A stretch of 62,817 nt of DNA, filler included, from Nitrospinota bacterium (GTDB lineage: Bacteria > JADFOP01): NCBI GenBank assembly GCA_022562795.1. It is 9 parts of 9 records of this genome, joined end to end, with 100 filler letters (N's around TTAATTAATTAA, not from the genome) between each part and the next. Parts side by side here need not be neighbours in the genome. Positions count along the whole stretch, not along the records: positions 42,994 to 54,087 come from JADFOP010000055.1; positions 54,188 to 56,807 come from JADFOP010000083.1; positions 56,908 to 59,058 come from JADFOP010000084.1; positions 59,159 to 62,817 come from JADFOP010000005.1; 5 more parts are not named here. One strand, written 5' to 3'. The position numbers and the translations under genes are program-made. Positions 49,998 through 60,620 of this stretch are shown in pieces. The notes beneath the pieces are model-generated. The model did not search any database and had not been told where the DNA came from. It saw only the letters and a program-made list of their open reading frames with translations. The stretch's first letter is position 1, and each line of letters starts with the position of its first letter.

Positions 49998-51008
49998 CTA
50001 CCGATCCTGGCTGACTTTATCGAGGAACCAGTGGGGGTAGAGCGTGGGCGGCTGGCTTAGGGCATCGAGGCGGGAGACCTCCTCCGGCGTCATCTCCCAC
50101 TCGGTCGCCTTGAGGTTGTCGGCTAGCTGCTCCGGCGTCCTGGCGCCGATGATGACCGATGTGACACCGGGCCTGCGAAGCAGGTAGTTGAGCGCGGCCT
50201 GGGCGACGCTGGCCTTGCGGCCGGCGGCTACGCGCTCCAGCTCCTCGACGATCGCTAACCCCTTCTCCTCATCTATCGGGATGAACTCCCCCTCAGGGGT
50301 GCTTCGGCGGGCGCCTTCGGGCCTGGCCTGTCCGCCTCGGTATTTGCCCGTCAGAAACCCTCCCGCGAGGGGGCTCCAGGGCAGGATGCCGAGACCCTGG
50401 TCGAGGCAGAGCGGGACGAGCTCTAGCTCCAGCTCGCGGGCGACCAGCGAATAGTAGGCCTGGAGGGTCGCGAACCGCTCGAGGCCGAGATTGTCAGAGA
50501 TCGCCAGGGCCTTCATAAGCTGCCAGCCGGTGAAGTTCGAGCAGCCGAGGTAGCGGACCTTGCCTTGACGGACGAGGTCGTCGAGGGCCCGCAGGGTCTC
50601 TTCCAGCGGGGTTTCGTGGTCGAAGCTGTGGACCTGATAGAGGTCGATGTAGTCGGTCCCGAGCCTTCTCAAGCTCGCGTTGCAGGACTCCATGATGTGG
50701 TGGCGGGAGAGGCCGACCTCGTTCGGCCCCGGTCCCATTCGGCCCCGGACTTTCGTCGCCAGTATCACCTCGCCGCGTCGGTGGCCGAGCGCCTTTCCCA
50801 ACATCTCTTCGGCAAGCCCCTCGGAGTAGACATTCGCGGTGTCGAAAAAGTTGACCCCCGCTTCCAGCGCCATGCCCACGAGCACGTCCGCTTCCTCTTG
50901 AGCGAGGTCGCCGATCGTTTTCCAGTACCCTCGGCCGCCAAAGGTCATATTGCCGAAGCAAAGCTCGGAGACCTTGAGGCCGGTCTTTCCGAGAGACCGC
51001 ATGCGCAT
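49998..51008 (-). CDS. aldo/keto reductase
   Basis: LGKTGLKVSEL, FDTANVYS, SLRRLGTDYIDLYQ, WSPLAGG. Confidence 0.93.
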   Translation of the reverse strand: MRMRSLGKTGLKVSELCFGNMTFGGRGYWKTIGDLAQEEADVLVGMALEAGVNFFDTANVYSEGLAEEMLGKALGHRRGEVILATKVRGRMGPGPNEVGLSRHHIMESCNASLRRLGTDYIDLYQVHSFDHETPLEETLRALDDLVRQGKVRYLGCSNFTGWQLMKALAISDNLGLERFATLQAYYSLVARELELELVPLCLDQGLGILPWSPLAGGFLTGKYRGGQARPEGARRSTPEGEFIPIDEEKGLAIVEELERVAAGRKASVAQAALNYLLRRPGVTSVIIGARTPEQLADNLKATEWEMTPEEVSRLDALSQPPTLYPHWFLDKVSQDR

Positions 51009-51281
51009 AGGCCTGACCTCCTGGTTTAATTGAAACCTGTTTGAATCGCCGATTCCCCCACTGCCTTCTCCAGGGCCGTGGCTTCTTCTGAGCCCCTCGC
51101 CCCCCGAGGCGCTGGGGCCACTATACACAAGGGAGCGCCTGGGGGTAACCCGAAGATACGCCCACCCAGATGCCTTCCTGCACAGGCGAGCGGATTTTCC
51201 CCTTGCCCGTCGCGGCTACGTGTCGTAGAATCTCGTCTGGAGGCTCTAGCCTCTTTGCCATTGCGAAACTCGCATACGGGC

Positions 51282-51360
51282 GGGGCTGTAGTTCAGCATG
51301 GTTTAGAACGCCGGCCTGTCAAGCCGGAGGTCGCGGGTTCAAATCCCGTCAGCCCCGCCA
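51282..51360 (+). tRNA. tRNA-Asp(GTC)
   Basis: Cloverleaf GGGGCTG/CAGCCCC, anticodon arm CCGGC-CTGTCAA-GCCGG, CCA. Confidence 0.95.
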
Positions 51361-51376
51361 ATATAATTAATAAGTT

Positions 51377-51408
51377 AAGGGCTCCATGATTAGGAGCCCT
51401 TGCTTTTC
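51377..51408 (+). terminator. probable terminator after tRNA-Asp
   Basis: AAGGGCTCC-ATGATTA-GGAGCCCTT then GCTTTT. Confidence 0.6.
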
Positions 51409-51630
51409 GGGACAAAATTTCCCTCCATTCATTGCTCGTTAGACCTTTTGAACCGCCAGGGACAACTTCATTCCCAAATCAGAATCGAACGCCGCCATAA
51501 ACACGGATGTTTCTTACCAACCTGGCAGGTGGTATGTTCATATAGCCACTCCCTTCCCGTTGGATTACCATCAACGAGCGGTTTTTGGCTGAGACTGCTA
51601 TTAGGAAGTAAAAAAGGAGGTTTTTTGGCT

Positions 51631-52737
51631 TTGAGGGGTCGTGCCGGGCAGTTGATGGGGATTTTGGTCATCCTAATCCCTTTGGGCTTATGTTGGTTAG
51701 CATTCTCCGGACGCCTACAGACCGAAGGGGCTCCACGGCTGAGCGCTGGGGTGCTTGTAGGCTCAATTCCATTGATCCTGTTGGGTTGTGAGTTCTTTAC
51801 CAACGCAGTCGAGCACGTAGGGAGGATATTCAAGCTATCCCATCATGCCACCGGAGGCGTATTGGCAGCGGTTGGGACTGCTCTTCCTGAGAGCTCCATC
51901 CCCGTAATAGCCGTCATTTTCGGCCCCAAGGGGCACGGGGAGGCAGTGGGCGTGGGTGCTATTTTGGGCGCCCCCTTTATGCTGGCCACATTAGCTTTGG
52001 CTATATTAGGAATTACGGTAATTGTAGAGAGATACCGGGGCAGGCGACAAAACCTGGCATTGTCCATAGACACGAAAGTGCTTCGCTCCGAGCTTGGAGT
52101 TTTCCTCGCGTGTTTCGTTGGGGTTTTGGTAGTTTCACTGATAAACCTCCCATTGCTGAAGTACGTAGGCGCGGCAGTTCTCGTCTGTCTCTATGCCTGG
52201 TACGTAAAATATTCAATAAGCCTAAAAGCCCGAAAGAGCGAAGTCTACACGAAGGTGCTTTATATGGAGCGTTACGCGGGGATGCCTATGGAGGTAAAGA
52301 CGGTAGCGGTGCAACTCGTGGCTGGATTGGCATTCATCTTAGCGGGAGCAACTCTCTTCGTTTCATCCGTCATTTCTTTAGCGCTCTACATGAAAGTGCC
52401 CGCGCTGGTCCTCTCTCTTATCTTGGCCCCTTTGGCGACGGAGCTGCCGGAGAAATACAATTCCGTTACGTGGATTTTGCGGGGCCAAGACACTCTTGCT
52501 GTAAGCAACATAACGGGCGCCATGATATTCCAATCAATGATTCCCGTCGCTTTCGGACTTATCTTCACCAAATGGAGTCTCGGCACGATAGAGCTCATCA
52601 ACATCATCTTAGCACTGGGGGCCGCCGGCCTCGTCTACTTCTCCCTGTTCCGTTCGGGCTCCCTCAAGGCCACGGCCTTGCTCGCGGGCGGGCTTATTTA
52701 CGTGGTTTACCTGGCCGGTGTTATCTTTTTCCGATGA
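51631..52737 (+). CDS. sodium:calcium (CaCA family) antiporter; start uncertain
   Basis: Alpha repeats AAVGTALPE and APLATELPE, GVGAILG, SNITG; SD AGGAGG at 51615..51620. Confidence 0.88.
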   Translation: MRGRAGQLMGILVILIPLGLCWLAFSGRLQTEGAPRLSAGVLVGSIPLILLGCEFFTNAVEHVGRIFKLSHHATGGVLAAVGTALPESSIPVIAVIFGPKGHGEAVGVGAILGAPFMLATLALAILGITVIVERYRGRRQNLALSIDTKVLRSELGVFLACFVGVLVVSLINLPLLKYVGAAVLVCLYAWYVKYSISLKARKSEVYTKVLYMERYAGMPMEVKTVAVQLVAGLAFILAGATLFVSSVISLALYMKVPALVLSLILAPLATELPEKYNSVTWILRGQDTLAVSNITGAMIFQSMIPVAFGLIFTKWSLGTIELINIILALGAAGLVYFSLFRSGSLKATALLAGGLIYVVYLAGVIFFR

Positions 52738-52788
52738 AAGAGATGAACGAGCGGACATTTTTCGTTCAATTTTCGATTGCCCCCCCCT

Positions 52789-52827
52789 CGTATTCGGAAA
52801 ATCGCGGAAAATCGCGGAAAATCGGCC
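52789..52827. repeat. 39-bp element with 10-bp-phased repeats, copy 2
   Basis: Exact reverse complement of 3405..3443. Confidence 0.85.
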
Positions 52828-52894
52828 CGTCGGGAAGCTTGAACGGTCAATGGGGCAAACTTCTCTTTTTGTGAAAAACGTGGGTGTACGATCT

Positions 52895-53200
52895 GCATAG
52901 ACAGGGTTTACCCTGTCCGTGGGCCGGGAGAGTGAACCGTGTATGCGGAGGGGTTCATCCTTGGCGTGGGGGCCTTGCTTGTTCGCGGACAGCCATAAAG
53001 GCTGTCCCTACATAACCAGGTTTCGATGGTTTGGGGACGAATCTCGTGTAGGGACAGGGCCGACCAAAGGTCGCTTGCGACTCCCTGTCCGTGGGCCGGG
53101 AGAGTGAACCGTGTATGCGGAGGGGGTTTACCCCTGTCCACATCCCGGGTAGGTCCGCCTCAGGCGGACCTCAGGCGGGGTCCCTGTCCACACCCCGACG
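52895..53200. repeat. composite REP-like cluster with internal direct duplication
   Basis: CCCTGTCCGTGGGCCGGGAGAGTGAACCGTGTATGCGGAGGGG near 52911 and 53083; several GTAG-REPs. Confidence 0.85.
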
Positions 53201-53387
53201 GGAGGCCGTAACAATAGTCCTCGATTTCAGTAACGATTTGAAAAAAATCGGCCCTCAGCCTGTTGATTGGCTGGAAGAGATTCAATCGTGTAGTCCAACC
53301 TATTGATGAATGGTGGGTCACCAAAACGAAGGGGCTTGACTCGGTCAACTTGCTTGGAGATGTAGGTAGGACAAGAAAACTTGCCCC

Positions 53388-53416
53388 TTGACTTCTTGCC
53401 CCATTGGGGATACATT
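53388..53416 (+). promoter_or_regulatory. sigma70-type promoter with palindrome in spacer; probably leaderless
   Basis: TTGACT-17 bp-TACATT, CCCCATTGGGG in spacer, ATG 6 nt after the -10. Confidence 0.65.
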
Positions 53417-53422
53417 ATAGGT

Positions 53423-53623
53423 ATGGAAATCATTCGTCGAAAGCTAGGGAAGCGTCGGCACTCCAAGGAACTCCGGGCGAGGCTACGCCCCGAACAAGAC
53501 GATCTAATTCGAGAAGCGGCGGGCATAGCTGGCATAACTCTTTCGGATTGGATGAGGGAGCGTCTTACCAAGGCGGCCAGAAGGGAAATAGCCGAAGCCA
53601 GGAGGCTGAGTGGCAAGAGCTAG
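53423..53623 (+). CDS. DUF1778/TacA-like RHH protein (66 aa)
   Basis: LRARLRPEQDDLIREAAGIAGITLSDWMRERLTKAARREI. Confidence 0.75.
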   Translation: MEIIRRKLGKRRHSKELRARLRPEQDDLIREAAGIAGITLSDWMRERLTKAARREIAEARRLSGKS

Positions 53624-53634
53624 GCGGGCCAACT

Positions 53635-53945
53635 CCGCCTGAGGCGGACTTGCGACCCAGCCAAGGCTGCCTGCAGCACCCCGACACAACCAGTGTAGGG
53701 ACAGGGTCGACCAAAGGTCGCTTGCGACTCCCTGTCCGCAAAGAAAACCCGGACAGCCTAAAGGCTGTCCCTACATTTTTAAATATCAAAAAACAGGCGG
53801 GCCTGTCGTCACGCACTTCCCGTACTTCCTCTTCTTCCCGAATGGGGAGCGTTTTTTTGCTATTTTTGTAGGGACAGGGTTTACCCCTGTCCGCATAAAA
53901 CCGGGCAGGTTAGGATCGTCCGCCTAAGGCGGACCCCGACACCAC
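53635..53945. repeat. REP-like cluster
   Basis: TGTAGGGACAGGG...CCCTGTCCG twice, inverted CGGACAGCCTAAAGGCTGTCCCTACA, CCGCCTNAGGCGG twice. Confidence 0.85.
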
Positions 53946-54062
53946 CTGCCGAGGCTTCTCCTTCATAAAAAAGAAACTCCATCCATGGACCGTCTTAGAG
54001 GGCATATTTCAACAGTTATTGCCCCTGGAGGCAGAGGGGCGTGAGGGGCAACTACATCGTGT
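53920..54062 (-). repeat. ~140-bp dispersed element, copy 2
   Basis: Reverse complement of 1460..1603 with identical 56-bp core. Confidence 0.85.
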
Positions 54063-54187
54063 TATATAAACTGGATTCTCCTTAAATNNNNNNNNNNNNN
54101 NNNNNNNNNNNNNNNNNNNNNNNNNNNNNNNTTAATTAATTAANNNNNNNNNNNNNNNNNNNNNNNNNNNNNNNNNNNNNNNNNNNN

Positions 54188-54887
54188 CTCCGGCGTTGGC
54201 GCAGATCAGGCCGTGCTTCGTCTCGCAGATGACGACGCCGTGGTCCATGCGCACGATGCGGGCGCTCTCGCCCAGGACGACCTCCATGGAGAAGAGCGTC
54301 CCGGCCAGGGGTGCGTTGAAGGTCGCGGCGATTCCGGCGGCTGTGCCGCAGCCGACCAGGAGCCTGACCCCACGGTGGCTCATCTTGATGAGCCGGCCCG
54401 CGGTCGAGCCGATCGCCGCCCCGATCTGGACGATGGGCCCCTCGCGCCCGGCGCTGCCCCCGCTGCCTATGGAGATGGCGCTGGCGAGCGCCCTGAGCAA
54501 AATCGTTCGTGGCCTGATGCGCCCGCCCCGAAGCACCGCGCTCTCCATGACCTCGGGCACCCCCAGCCCCTTGGCTTCGGCCGGAAAGAAGAGAACCAGG
54601 GGGCCGATGAGCAAGCCTCCGAGGGCCAGCACAAGGGGCAGAAGCAGGAGCGATAGCCCGCCGGTAATGCCGAGCAGGCCCTTGAGCTCGACGAGGAAGA
54701 GCCAGGAGGTAAGCCGAAGCAGGGCGATGAAGCCTACCGTCGCCAGCCCGGCGGCGAGCCCCACAAGGGCGCCGTAGACGAGAAGGGCGGTGGGCTCGGA
54801 GAAGGGGAGCGAGCCGAGGGCGGCCCACCAGCGGCTCCACCTGGTAGGTGGGGGCGCATCCTTGGCGGGCGACGAGTGGTCTGCCAT
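54188..54887 (-). CDS. ClC chloride channel/transporter, N-terminal part; last ~27 codons look chimeric (CofE-like)
   Basis: [27 protein letters not shown]. Confidence 0.9.
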
Positions 54888-56330
54888 TCAAGATGCGAGC
54901 TTGGAGAGCAGAAGTTCGTTCACGATCTTAGGATTGGCCTGGCCCTTGGTGGCTTTCATCACCTGGCCCACGAGGAACCCTACGATCTGGGTCTTGCCGC
55001 TTCGGTAGCGCTCCACGGCGTCGGGGTTTTCGCTCAAAACCTGTGCCACCAGGGTCTCCAGCTCGCCGGCGTCGGAGATCTGCTCGAGGCCCCGCTCCTC
55101 TACAATGGCCTCCGCGTCCCGACCCGTGGCGTACATCTCCTCGAAGACTTCCTTGGCGATTTTTCCAGATATGGCGCCGTCGGCCATCAGGCGCAAGAGG
55201 CCGGCCAGGTCCCCCGGGTCCACTGGGCTCTCGGAAATCTCCCTGCCATCGCGGTTGAGCAGCCCAAGAAGCTCGCTCATGACCCAGTTGGAGACCATCT
55301 TCGGGTCACCGTCAAAGGCCCCGACGGCGGCCTCGTAGTAGTCGGCCAGGACCCGGGTCGCGGTCAGCACACCCGCATCGTACGCCGGCAGGCCGTAGAC
55401 GCTCTCGAAGCGGGCCCGCTTGGCGTCGGGAAGCTCGGGGAGAGTGGAGCGGACCTCCTCCAGCCAGGCCTCATCGACCACAAGTGGGACGAGATCGGGC
55501 TCTGGGAAGTAGCGGTAGTCTTGGGCCTCCTCCTTGCTCCGCATTGAGATGGTGATGGACTTGGAGGGGTCCCAGAGGCGGGTCTCCTGGACGATGGCCT
55601 CCCCGGCCTCAAGCGCCTCCTGCTGGCGCGCGACCTCGTACTCCAGGGCATGCTTCACGTGCCGGAAGCTGTTCATGTTCTTGAGCTCGGCCTTCGTCCC
55701 AAGCTCCTTGGAGCCCACGGGCCGTATAGAGACGTTGGCGTCGCACCGAAAGCTCCCCTCCTCCATGTTGCCGTCGCAGACCTCGAGGTAGCGTAGCAGC
55801 TGACGTAGCTTTTGGAGGTAGAGGCGGGCCTCCTCGGGGCTTCTTAGATCCGGCTCCGAGACGATCTCCAGCAGCGGTACCCCGCAGCGGTTGAAGTCTA
55901 CGAAGCTCGCCTCCGGGTCCCCGAGGTTCTCGCCGTGGAAGAGCTTGCCCGCGTCTTCTTCCATGTGGATGCGGGTGATGCCGATCTCTTTGGTCTGGCC
56001 GTTGACCTCGAATGCGAGCTTTCCGCCGGTGGCCAGGGGCTGCTCGTATTGGGATATCTGGTAGCCCTTAGGGAGGTCCGGGTAGAAGTAATTCTTGCGG
56101 GCGAACCGGTTTAAGGGGTGGATGGTGGCGCCCACGGTCAGGGCGGTCTTGATGGCGAAGGAGACCGCTTCGCGGTTGATGACCGGCAGCACACCAGGCA
56201 TCCCAGTACATATTGGGCAGGTCTGGGTGTTGGACTCGGCGCCGAAAGCGGCCGAGCAGCGGCAGAAGACCTTCGAGTGGGTAAGGAGCTGGGCGTGGAC
56301 CTCCAGCCCGATGACCGCCTCGTACTCCAT
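54888..56330 (-). CDS. gatB: Asp-tRNA(Asn)/Glu-tRNA(Gln) amidotransferase subunit B
   Basis: [43 protein letters not shown]. Confidence 0.97.
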   Translation of the reverse strand: MEYEAVIGLEVHAQLLTHSKVFCRCSAAFGAESNTQTCPICTGMPGVLPVINREAVSFAIKTALTVGATIHPLNRFARKNYFYPDLPKGYQISQYEQPLATGGKLAFEVNGQTKEIGITRIHMEEDAGKLFHGENLGDPEASFVDFNRCGVPLLEIVSEPDLRSPEEARLYLQKLRQLLRYLEVCDGNMEEGSFRCDANVSIRPVGSKELGTKAELKNMNSFRHVKHALEYEVARQQEALEAGEAIVQETRLWDPSKSITISMRSKEEAQDYRYFPEPDLVPLVVDEAWLEEVRSTLPELPDAKRARFESVYGLPAYDAGVLTATRVLADYYEAAVGAFDGDPKMVSNWVMSELLGLLNRDGREISESPVDPGDLAGLLRLMADGAISGKIAKEVFEEMYATGRDAEAIVEERGLEQISDAGELETLVAQVLSENPDAVERYRSGKTQIVGFLVGQVMKATKGQANPKIVNELLLSKLAS

Positions 56331-56524
56331 CGAGCCCTCGCCTCAAGGTGGGCCTAGAGGGTTGTTTTTCCTAAACCAAAGCTGATTGTCGCACCGGGAA
56401 GGGCGAAAGTCAAGCCAAAGGGCCCACGGGTGGGGCCTCCAACTTTTCGCATACAAGGATGAATAGCTCTCCCACGGAAGGCAATTTCTCGTTACACGGG
56501 GCTTAAGGTGGAATCGTCACTTAG

Positions 56525-56553
56525 AAAACCCCCGCCGGGATAACCGGCGGGGG
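56525..56553 (-). terminator. rho-independent terminator of cold-shock gene
   Basis: Minus strand ACCCCGCCGG-loop-CCGGCGGGGG-TTTT. Confidence 0.75.
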
Positions 56554-56569
56554 TCTGGTCTCTCAGCTA

Positions 56570-56773
56570 CTAGACCTTAACAACATTGACAGCCTTCAAG
56601 CCCTTATCGTCTTCGATAACCTCGAACTCGACGGAATCTCCTTCGTTAAGAGTCTTATACCCCTCCTGGCCCTGGATGGACGAGAAGTGGACGAAGACGT
56701 CCGGCCCTTCCTCACGTTCTATGAAGCCAAACCCTTTGCCCTCGTTAAACCACTTTACAGTTCCTTTCTCCAT
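56570..56773 (-). CDS. cold-shock protein (CspA family)
   Basis: GTVKWFN-KGFGFI, DVFVHFS; RBS AGGAGG. Confidence 0.96.
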   Translation of the reverse strand: MEKGTVKWFNEGKGFGFIEREEGPDVFVHFSSIQGQEGYKTLNEGDSVEFEVIEDDKGLKAVNVVKV

Positions 56774-56907
56774 TGCGTATCACCTCCTTTCCTTAAGCAT
56801 TTTTGAANNNNNNNNNNNNNNNNNNNNNNNNNNNNNNNNNNNNNNNNNNNNTTAATTAATTAANNNNNNNNNNNNNNNNNNNNNNNNNNNNNNNNNNNNN
56901 NNNNNNN

Positions 56908-57974
56908 TCGTAAGCCCCTGGGAAATAATCTTTTACCTCGCCTTGGGGCTGCTGGGCGGCCTTGTGGCCAGCGGCTTCGTCCGCCTTCTGTACGCCGCTA
57001 AGGACTGGTTTGAGGATTCCATGCCGAGGGTTCCGCCGGTGCTCAAGCCGGCCCTGGGGGGCCTGGCGGTAGGGGGGGCCGCCATCTTGCTGCCCCAGGT
57101 TCTAGGCAACGGCTACCCCGCGCTTGGAGCCGCGCTGCGCGGGGAGCTTCCCTTTTACATTCTGGCGCTCCTGGTCCTGTTCAAAATGGGGGCGACAGCC
57201 ACCACACTTGGAAGCGGCGGCTCGGGGGGGATCATCGCGCCCAGCCTCTTCATCGGGGCGATGATGGGTGGAGCGATGGGCTCGATCCTCCACGGCCTGC
57301 TGCCGTCGCTGACCGCCGCGAAGGGCGCCTACGCCGTCGCCGGGATGGGGGCCGTTCTGGCCGCCGCCATCCACGCCCCCCTGACCGTCATACTGCTCAT
57401 TTTCGAGCTCACCGACGGCGTCAGCCTCATGCTGCCCGCCTCGGCCGCCTGCCTGGTGGCCGTCGCCGTGGCCCGCCGCCTCGATGCCGACTCCGTCTAC
57501 ACCTGGAAGCTGACCCGCCGAGGGGTCAACCTGTCCCGGGGGCGGGAGGCCTCCGTTTTGGGTAGCTTATTTGTCCGGGAAGCCATGGAGACCGGGGTGG
57601 AGCTCGTCCCCCAGGAGATGAGCTATCGCGAAATCCGCCGCCTCATGGACCAATCGGCCGCCCTCGACTTCCCGGTGGTGGACGGCGAGGGACGGTGGGC
57701 CGGCCTGATTTCCCTGGAGGATTTCAGCTCCCTTGCCTTCGAGCCAGAGCTCCACGACACGGTCATCGCCAAGGATATCGCAACGCCCCCCGGCGCGACG
57801 CTTAGGCCCTCCGACACGCTCCAGGCGGCCCTAGAGGCATTCGGCGCAGCCAATTGCGACCGGCTTACCGTGGTCTCCGACGAGGACCCCCGACGGGTTG
57901 TCGGAATGCTGACGCGTCAGGACCTGCTCGCCGCCTACGACCGGGCCGTCATCGTCCGCGGCGCGCTCAAGTGA
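56908..57974 (+). CDS. ClC transporter C-terminal part with CBS pair, 5'-truncated
   Basis: LGNGY, GSGGSGGIIAPSL, GMGA, ELT, SVYT, CBS motifs. Confidence 0.9.
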
Positions 57975-57984
57975 GTATGGAGTC

Positions 57985-59058
57985 GTGAGAGACCAGGCCC
58001 GCCTCTACCTCATTGACGGAACCTCATACATCTTTAGGGCCTACTACGCTATCCGTCAATACCTCTCCACCAAGGCCGGCCTTCCCACCAACGCCATCCT
58101 CGGGTTCGCCAATATGCTCATCAGGCTCCTCGAAGAGGAGCGGCCCGAGCATCTGGCCATAGCATTCGACCCGCCCGGCCCGAGCTTTCGAGTGGACCTC
58201 TATCCCGAATACAAGGCCCATCGGCCCGACCCACCCAACGACCTGGTACCCCAGTTCGAGTGGATATATAGGCTGGTGGAGGCCTTCCGCATCCCCCAGC
58301 TCGTGGTGCCCGGCTACGAGGCCGACGACGCGCTGGCCACGGCCGCCCGATGGGCCGAGGCACAGGGCCTTGCGGTTACCATCATCGGCGGCGATAAGGA
58401 TCTCTTCCAGCTCGTCTCCGACCGAGTCGAGGTCTACGACACGCTCAAGAACGTCCGCTACGGACCGGCGGAGGTGGAGGCGAAGATGGGTGTCGCGCCC
58501 CATAGGATCGTGGAGTTCCTCGGCCTCATGGGCGACAGCGTGGACAACATCCCAGGGGTGCCCGGGGTGGGGGCGAAGACGGCGGCCAAGCTCTTGGGCC
58601 AGTTCGGCTCCCTGGAGGCGGTCCTGGCCGGAGCCGCGGAGGTCTCGGGCGCCAAGCTCAGGGAAAACCTGGACCACTACGCCGACCAGGCGCGGCTCTC
58701 GGCGGAGCTCTGCCGCCTGAAGGACGACGTACCCCTTAAGCTCGACATTACCCTCCTTGAGCGGCAAGAGCCCGACTGGCCCACCCTTACCGCGCTTCTT
58801 AAGGAGCTCGAATTCTCAAGCCTCATCAAGCGCATTGCCCCACATGATGAGGCCCCCTTCGGGGAGACCCCGCCGCCGGGAGCCTATCGGGCCGTGGTGG
58901 ACTGGGAGGACTTCGCCTCGGTGCTCGACTCCCTGAAGCGGGCGGGACGCTTTGCCCTCGATCTGGAGACAACCTCCCTAGACCCTATGCGGGCCGAAGT
59001 TGTGGGCCTTGCTCTGGCCTGGACCGAGGGTGAGGCGGTCTACGTCCCGGTGGCTCAT
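57985..59058 (+). CDS. polA: DNA polymerase I, N-terminal part (truncated)
   Basis: LIDGTSYIFRAYYA, YEADD, DKDL, GDSVDNIPGVPGVG, DLETT. Confidence 0.96.
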
Positions 59059-59274
59059 NNNNNNNNNNNNNNNNNNNNNNNNNNNNNNNNNNNNNNNNNN
59101 NNTTAATTAATTAANNNNNNNNNNNNNNNNNNNNNNNNNNNNNNNNNNNNNNNNNNNNTTCTTTTTCTGCGGCGGATGAATTTAGAGCTGTGAGTGGTGC
59201 TTGAGCCTGTGGGGCAAGGGGAGCTAGACCTTGCAATCTGCTGGACGTATTATCTGGAAACCAGATAATCAATA

Positions 59275-60140
59275 GTTGGGCCGACTTTGGGGAGTGCAAC
59301 AGGATAGGGGGGGACTAGAAATGCGGGTCTTTGCAAGATCAGGGGGAATGCTGGTGCTGCTGACGATCCTTGCAGTCGAAGGCATATGTGCTCAAGACTC
59401 GATCGAGACAGCTCTGGACCGGATTCATCGCGAATACTCTGCGGCTACACAGGATGTCGCACGACTCGTGCTCCTCGATCAGGAACTGAGAGAATTGATT
59501 CCCTACTATGCCTGGAAGGAACGCCCGTGGTTGCCAGCTACCTACCTAAGACCTGATTACGACAACATCGGCATTTTCCCTGATCTGTTCGAGCGGGACG
59601 TCCTTACTTACTCTGGGAAATTGCTGGCTGAGGCTCATGCACACAATCCCAATTCGCCGTTTCGAAATTATACGCTGTATTCGACAATCTTCGGTAAAGC
59701 AGGTGAGACCTCAAACGGTGTACCGTCGCCTGACGCCGCAGAGGCATACGTGCGTGAGTTCCCACAAGGACCATTTATCGTAGACGTTCATCTGGTGGTA
59801 GCGCACTTCTACGACGACCTTTTCAAGGTGATTACACTCGAAGAGGCCGGCCAACGGATAGGCTACAAGTTCGACTGCTACGATACCTATCTGAAAGCGC
59901 AGCCTCTTGCCGAGCAACGGCAAAGGGCTCGCGAATCAGCGATCCGGCACTATGAGCGATTGGTTGATTTGTTGCCCAGGAATGCGGATCAGGCGCGATA
60001 TCTAGCTGATCTCCGGCAGGAAAAGAGTCACGGTTGGTTCTACTGCGGAGACTAGCTTCGGCGGCCCAACAAGCCACTGCACCTGACAGCCGCTCGCGAA
60101 ACTGCTGCGGATGAATTTGGCGCCGTGAGTGGTGGGTAGA
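59275..60140 (+). mobile_element. integron gene-cassette-like unit with incomplete attC
   Basis: GTTGGGCCG (59275..59283) before ORF and complementary CGGCCCAAC (60062..60070) after its stop, followed by AAGCCACTGCACCTGAC. Confidence 0.6.
59321..60055 (+). CDS. secreted hypothetical protein (244 aa)
   Basis: G-rich RBS, signal peptide, helical TPR-like segment (YVREFPQGPF). Confidence 0.7.
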   Translation: MRVFARSGGMLVLLTILAVEGICAQDSIETALDRIHREYSAATQDVARLVLLDQELRELIPYYAWKERPWLPATYLRPDYDNIGIFPDLFERDVLTYSGKLLAEAHAHNPNSPFRNYTLYSTIFGKAGETSNGVPSPDAAEAYVREFPQGPFIVDVHLVVAHFYDDLFKVITLEEAGQRIGYKFDCYDTYLKAQPLAEQRQRARESAIRHYERLVDLLPRNADQARYLADLRQEKSHGWFYCGD

Positions 60141-60620
60141 ATCGTCCCGAAACTTATTTTTTAAATATATGGCTGGGACGGGCTGAAATGTCGTTGGGTT
60201 ATGAGCCTACACGCGTGTTGTCCCGTCTTTCCTGCTCAATCATTTACGTCCTTCTTGTTGCCTGGTGTTTCCTGTTGTTCGGGGAGTTCTGTGGTAGAAA
60301 TGTGGTAGAAATGCTGGGCCTGCTGAGGATTCTCCGAGCCCATAGACACCACGCCAAGCCGTGATATGCGGATCAGTATAACCCTGCCGCTCCGGGCGGC
60401 ATGTTTATTGTAAGTCCTCGCGAGTAAGCGCATTACGGCGGGGTTGTCTCCTATTTTGCTTGCGTCTTATGCGGACAACCGGGTTATTATACTGATCAGC
60501 ATAAACATTGTTAGGCCACGAGGACGGCGGGATTGTAACCGGCAATAACACTGAACCGAGCGCGGGGGCCGTCGCCGACCGTGACGCGTACCTAGCTTTT
60601 TAAACACGAAAGGTGGCTCT

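Noticed and set aside
52895-53200. Possible CRISPR array
   Set aside because: Repeats are irregular, in mixed orientation, without constant-length unique spacers or cas genes; fits composite REPs
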